In this document: positions 60,494-64,000 of the stretch, one piece after another
Position numbering within the stretch: position 1 is the stretch's first letter
Layout of the letters: the number at the start of each line of letters is the position of its first letter
Assembly (NCBI GenBank): GCA_963976765.1
Contig: CAXBME010000035.1
Span: 1-64,000 of the forward strand
Reading direction: 5' to 3'
DNA length: 64,000 nt
Source of the DNA: an uncultured Planctomycetaceae bacterium
GTDB taxonomy: Bacteria > Planctomycetota > Planctomycetia > Planctomycetales > Planctomycetaceae
Position numbers and translations under genes: made by a program
Notes under the pieces: generated by a model
Database searches by the model: none
What the model saw: the letters and a program-made list of their open reading frames with translations, nothing else
What the model was told of the DNA's origin: nothing

Positions 60494-62221
60494 CTACGCA
60501 GCTCGGTTTCGAAGGTCGATCCTCCTCACTTTGCCCAGAAAGTTCTCCGGCAGAGCGTCGCAGACTCGAAATTCTCGAGGCACCTTGTAACCAGACAGCC
60601 TTTCCCGACAGAACGATTTCAGTTCTTCCAGATTCGGCGGGCCGCCAACGGAAGGCACTACCCAGGCACAAACCAGTTCTCCGTACTTACGATCCGGAAC
60701 CCCCACCACCGCACACGTTTCGACGGCAAAATGCTCTCGAATGATCTCTTCAACCTCGCTCGGATATACGTTGAGACCACCCGAAATAATCATGTCTTTC
60801 TTCCGGTCGACAATCTCGAAGAAGCCATCATGCGTGACCGTGGCAAGGTCACCGGTAAACAGCCAGCCGTCCCGCAAAGCATTTGCCGTCTCTTCGGGGT
60901 CATCCAGGTAACCCTGCATGATCTGCGGACCTTTGATAATCAGTTCGCCAATTTCTCCGTGAGCAACCTCGCGCGTACCGTTTTCCAGGTCGACCAATCG
61001 AACGTACGTGTTTGGCAACGGCAGACCGATACTTCCAATTCGAGCCGTCCCGTCAGACGGGTTTGAGTGAGTCACCGGTGAGGCTTCCGACAGCCCGAAG
61101 CCTTCGATGATTGTCGCACCGGTCAAGTGTTCGAACTCGCGACCGACTTCTCCCGACATGGCCGATGCGCCGGACATGCAAAGTCGTAAACCTTTAAGCG
61201 CTTTGCCACGCTTCCGCATCTCGTCGTTCAGTGACGCGATCATAAATGGGACGAGCAAAGCAATTCCTGGCTGATACTTATCCATCAGTCCAAGCGTTCG
61301 CTTCGGATGGAATCTCGCCTGAAGAATAAGGGTCGATCCGCCAACCAGAGGCGAGAGCATCGCGCATGTTGCACCGTACACGTGAAAGAAGGGCAGCACG
61401 GAGAGGAATGTTTCGCAGCCTGGCTCAAGCCCACTCCAGACATGCAGCTGAGCGACATTCGCGCAGAGGTTGTTGTGAGTCAGCACGGCCACTTTCGGAG
61501 AGCCAGTCGTGCCGCCCGTCGGTTGCAGCACGGCGGGTAGACTCGGATCATCGAGCAGCGGTTCCGTAACGGGCTGGCCAATGGACGCTAATTCTTCAAA
61601 ACGCAACTGCTTTGCCGCCTTCTTCGCGACAGGCCTTCCATACGCGAGCTTCTGAAGTGTGTAAGCGAGCCGGTAACCGAGCGGGAGGTGCGGCGCGAGA
61701 CTCGTCACAATCACGGCCTTCAGGGCAACTTCGCTGGCCATCTCAGCAAGTGGTTTCATGCGAACATCCAGGCCGAGCACGGCCTGAATTCCACACTTGG
61801 TCGCCAGACCGGTCAGCTCGGCAGCAGACATCAGCGGGTTAGCCGGAACCGCTTCCGCGCCCAGCCAGTGAATCGCGAACCAGGTAATCACGAACTCGGG
61901 ACAGTTCGGCAGAACGAGCATGACTCGATCACCCGTACCGATTCCCAGTTCCTGCAGAGCGCCGGCAGTTTGCCTGATTCGGTCGAGCAAATCCTGGTAC
62001 GTGTGGCTCGTTCGGAAATAGCGAAGCGCGACTCGGTCAGGATACCGCTCGACCGCCGATTGAAGCAGTTGCTCAACACGCCGCGGCGTGTACTGAATCT
62101 CTGGCGGAATTCCCAGCGGGTAAGACTTATGCCAGGAGGCTGTCGACGCACCGAAAATCGGCGTCACAGGAAATGGCGAATCAGCAAAATCACGAGCGGA
62201 TTCAAACGGTACAGTTTCCAT
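60494..62221 (-). CDS. fadD: Long-chain fatty-acid-CoA ligase (second paralog)
   Basis: PTGGTTGSPK, EGFGLSE, TGD, DRKKDMI, GKVRR. Confidence 0.88.
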   Translation of the reverse strand: METVPFESARDFADSPFPVTPIFGASTASWHKSYPLGIPPEIQYTPRRVEQLLQSAVERYPDRVALRYFRTSHTYQDLLDRIRQTAGALQELGIGTGDRVMLVLPNCPEFVITWFAIHWLGAEAVPANPLMSAAELTGLATKCGIQAVLGLDVRMKPLAEMASEVALKAVIVTSLAPHLPLGYRLAYTLQKLAYGRPVAKKAAKQLRFEELASIGQPVTEPLLDDPSLPAVLQPTGGTTGSPKVAVLTHNNLCANVAQLHVWSGLEPGCETFLSVLPFFHVYGATCAMLSPLVGGSTLILQARFHPKRTLGLMDKYQPGIALLVPFMIASLNDEMRKRGKALKGLRLCMSGASAMSGEVGREFEHLTGATIIEGFGLSEASPVTHSNPSDGTARIGSIGLPLPNTYVRLVDLENGTREVAHGEIGELIIKGPQIMQGYLDDPEETANALRDGWLFTGDLATVTHDGFFEIVDRKKDMIISGGLNVYPSEVEEIIREHFAVETCAVVGVPDRKYGELVCAWVVPSVGGPPNLEELKSFCRERLSGYKVPREFRVCDALPENFLGKVRRIDLRNRAA

Positions 62222-62855
62222 TGGTAACTCCCACTATCCCTGTCTGGAGTACAGGTCACAGCACCAGAGCTTCCGACGAAACTGGACGGAGAGTGTCAGC
62301 CATTTCCGCCAGCTCTGAAAAAGAGAGCAGAGGCAAAAAGACTGCACCTTCGGCCTGAGGCCCATCGGCTCGGACGTTTTTCTGAGGAGCGACCGTCATG
62401 GCCTCTCAAACACAGATTCCTGTCCGAAACCCGCTTTCAATCATTGAGCGTCTGCTCAGACAATCGAAAACAGTTCTGGTGAATGCACAAAAAGGGAGCG
62501 GGATTGTCCGAGTCGACGTCCGCCAGCTTCGGACACTGATCAGTAACCGTTAACGAAACCTCATCCGAACGGCGACTGCCGACAGGCGAGTTTCTCTGAT
62601 TTGCTTGTGAAGTGATTGTGCGAAGGGGGAACGCACAGACATGACCGGGTATGCTTCGCGAGAACAGAAGAAGTGATGACTGAACGCTTCCCGCAAAGCG
62701 ACGATCATTTATCACTTATCGGAATTCGCAACAAGATTGATCAGGAATTCCTGCAGAGGTGGTTTCCCAGCCGCAGGGCCAAGTTGTTTTCTACCGACCT
62801 GCAGCCAGCGGCCCGTGAGTCCAAGGGGCTGAGATTCCTGCCGTAAAAATTTTCA

Positions 62856-62926
62856 GCCACAGAGCACACAGAGTTCTCAGAGGATTTATTTTTGAGCTTC
62901 TTCGTGACATCAGTGCTCTCTGTGCC
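62856..62926. repeat. Intergenic inverted repeat (GCCACAGAG family), second copy
   Basis: AATTTTCAGCCACAGAGCACACAGAG…CAGTGCTCTCTGTGCC; same lead-in as 60330-60346. Confidence 0.6.
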
Positions 62927-62967
62927 TTTTCCAGTTTCAACAAGCTCCAAAGGGATTGACCATAAAC

Positions 62968-63726
62968 ATGTCTACAGAAAATAAAGTCGCCATCATCACG
63001 GGAGCCGGCTCGGGCGTCGGGCGAGCATCGGCACTGGCATTACTCAAGGAAGGTTACTCCGTCGCGATCGCCGGTCGCCGCGCAGACGCTCTTCAGAAGA
63101 CGATTGAACTTGCGGGAGATGCCTCGTCAAGAGTGCTCGCCGTACCGACGAACGTGTGCGACGCAGCGTCCGTCGAGAACCTCTTCACAAAAACTGTTGA
63201 AGCATTCGGGCGAGTTGACGTTCTCTTCAACAACGCCGGAACGAGCGCACCGGCGATCCCGCTGGAAGATCTCACCCCCGAGCAGTGGCAGGCCGTTGTC
63301 GACGTCAACCTGACAGGGCCGTTTCTCTGCACACAGGCAGCTTTCCGAGTGATGAAAAGTCAGACTCCACAAGGCGGTCGGATCATCAACAACGGCTCCA
63401 TTTCCGCTCAAACACCCAGGCCCCATTCCTCGCCCTACACCGCCACAAAGCACGCCATCACAGGACTGACCAAGTCAACGTCGCTCGACGGACGCCGATA
63501 CAACATTGCCTGCGGACAGATCGACATCGGCAACGCCGCCACGGAGATGACCGAACGCATGGCCGACGGAGTTCCTCAGGCTGATGGCTCGATCGCTGTC
63601 GAACCGCGAATGGACGTCAACGATGTCGCCAGCGCCATCGTCTACATGTCCAGCCTGCCGCTCGAATCAAACGTCCTGACGATCACCGTCATGGCTACAA
63701 AAATGCCGCTTGTAGGACGAGGCTGA
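62968..63726 (+). CDS. SDR oxidoreductase
   Basis: [33 protein letters not shown]. Confidence 0.92.
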   Translation: MSTENKVAIITGAGSGVGRASALALLKEGYSVAIAGRRADALQKTIELAGDASSRVLAVPTNVCDAASVENLFTKTVEAFGRVDVLFNNAGTSAPAIPLEDLTPEQWQAVVDVNLTGPFLCTQAAFRVMKSQTPQGGRIINNGSISAQTPRPHSSPYTATKHAITGLTKSTSLDGRRYNIACGQIDIGNAATEMTERMADGVPQADGSIAVEPRMDVNDVASAIVYMSSLPLESNVLTITVMATKMPLVGRG

Positions 63727-63846
63727 GAAAGTCGCGAGACCGCAGCCGAGGGGCTCGACGCTGGCGTCTGGTCCGCTAACATTCGGACCGGCGGGCAAAG
63801 GCCCACGGACAACTGGCAGCAAAACAGGATTATGAAGGCTCCGGCA

Positions 63847-64000
63847 ATGAGTGACGGCAAGATCAGCGGCAAGGTTCATTTCATCGACGAAACGAAGACG
63901 TTCGGCCAGAACGGCTTCCGTAAACGGACAGTCGTCCTGGAAAAAGACAGCGGACGATTCACCAATTACATCCCGATTGAATTTATCCAGGAAAGTTGCG
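63847..64000 (+). CDS. DUF3127-like protein, 5' part (runs off the window)
   Basis: Own translation, not in the ORF track: MSDGKISGKVHFIDETKTFGQNGFRKRTVVLEKDSGRFTNYIPIEFIQESC. Confidence 0.72.
   Translation, partial: MSDGKISGKVHFIDETKTFGQNGFRKRTVVLEKDSGRFTNYIPIEFIQESC

Noticed and set aside
62742..62840. Possible structured RNA (CAGGAAT…ATTCCTG closing stem, internal CTGCAG pair)
   Set aside because: It matches no RNA family I recognise, and short stems are expected by chance at this GC content.

Overview
This window looks like planctomycete chromosomal DNA (inferred from gene content: MoxR/DUF58/BatA operon, Ser/Thr kinase, PVC-type secreted proteins). Left to right it holds: a four-gene two-component cascade; nested, decayed IS21 and IS630 remnants; a sufR-nuoB-sufC-sufB-sufD-(Rieske::SufT) Fe-S locus; a GNAT, a flavin-dependent halogenase-like gene and an SDR; a response regulator and Ser/Thr kinase; an M1 aminopeptidase apparently fused to an Omp85-type barrel; a lipoprotein MsrA divergent from a 16 kb MoxR-DUF58-BatA/vWA operon ending in a prenyltransferase-repeat protein and a giant TlpA; SET and YHS genes; flgFGAHIJ; and a beta-oxidation cluster. 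The strongest lead is in the MoxR operon. ORFs 33514-36171 and 36196-36786 are in the same frame, separated by a single TGA (…SSGGT-TGA-PGSKS…). That TGA is followed by a hairpin closely resembling the E. coli fdhF SECIS, suggesting an unrecognised selenoprotein or UGA-recoded protein. No CRISPR array, rRNA or tRNA was recognised. All family assignments come from motif recognition by eye; no searches were run.
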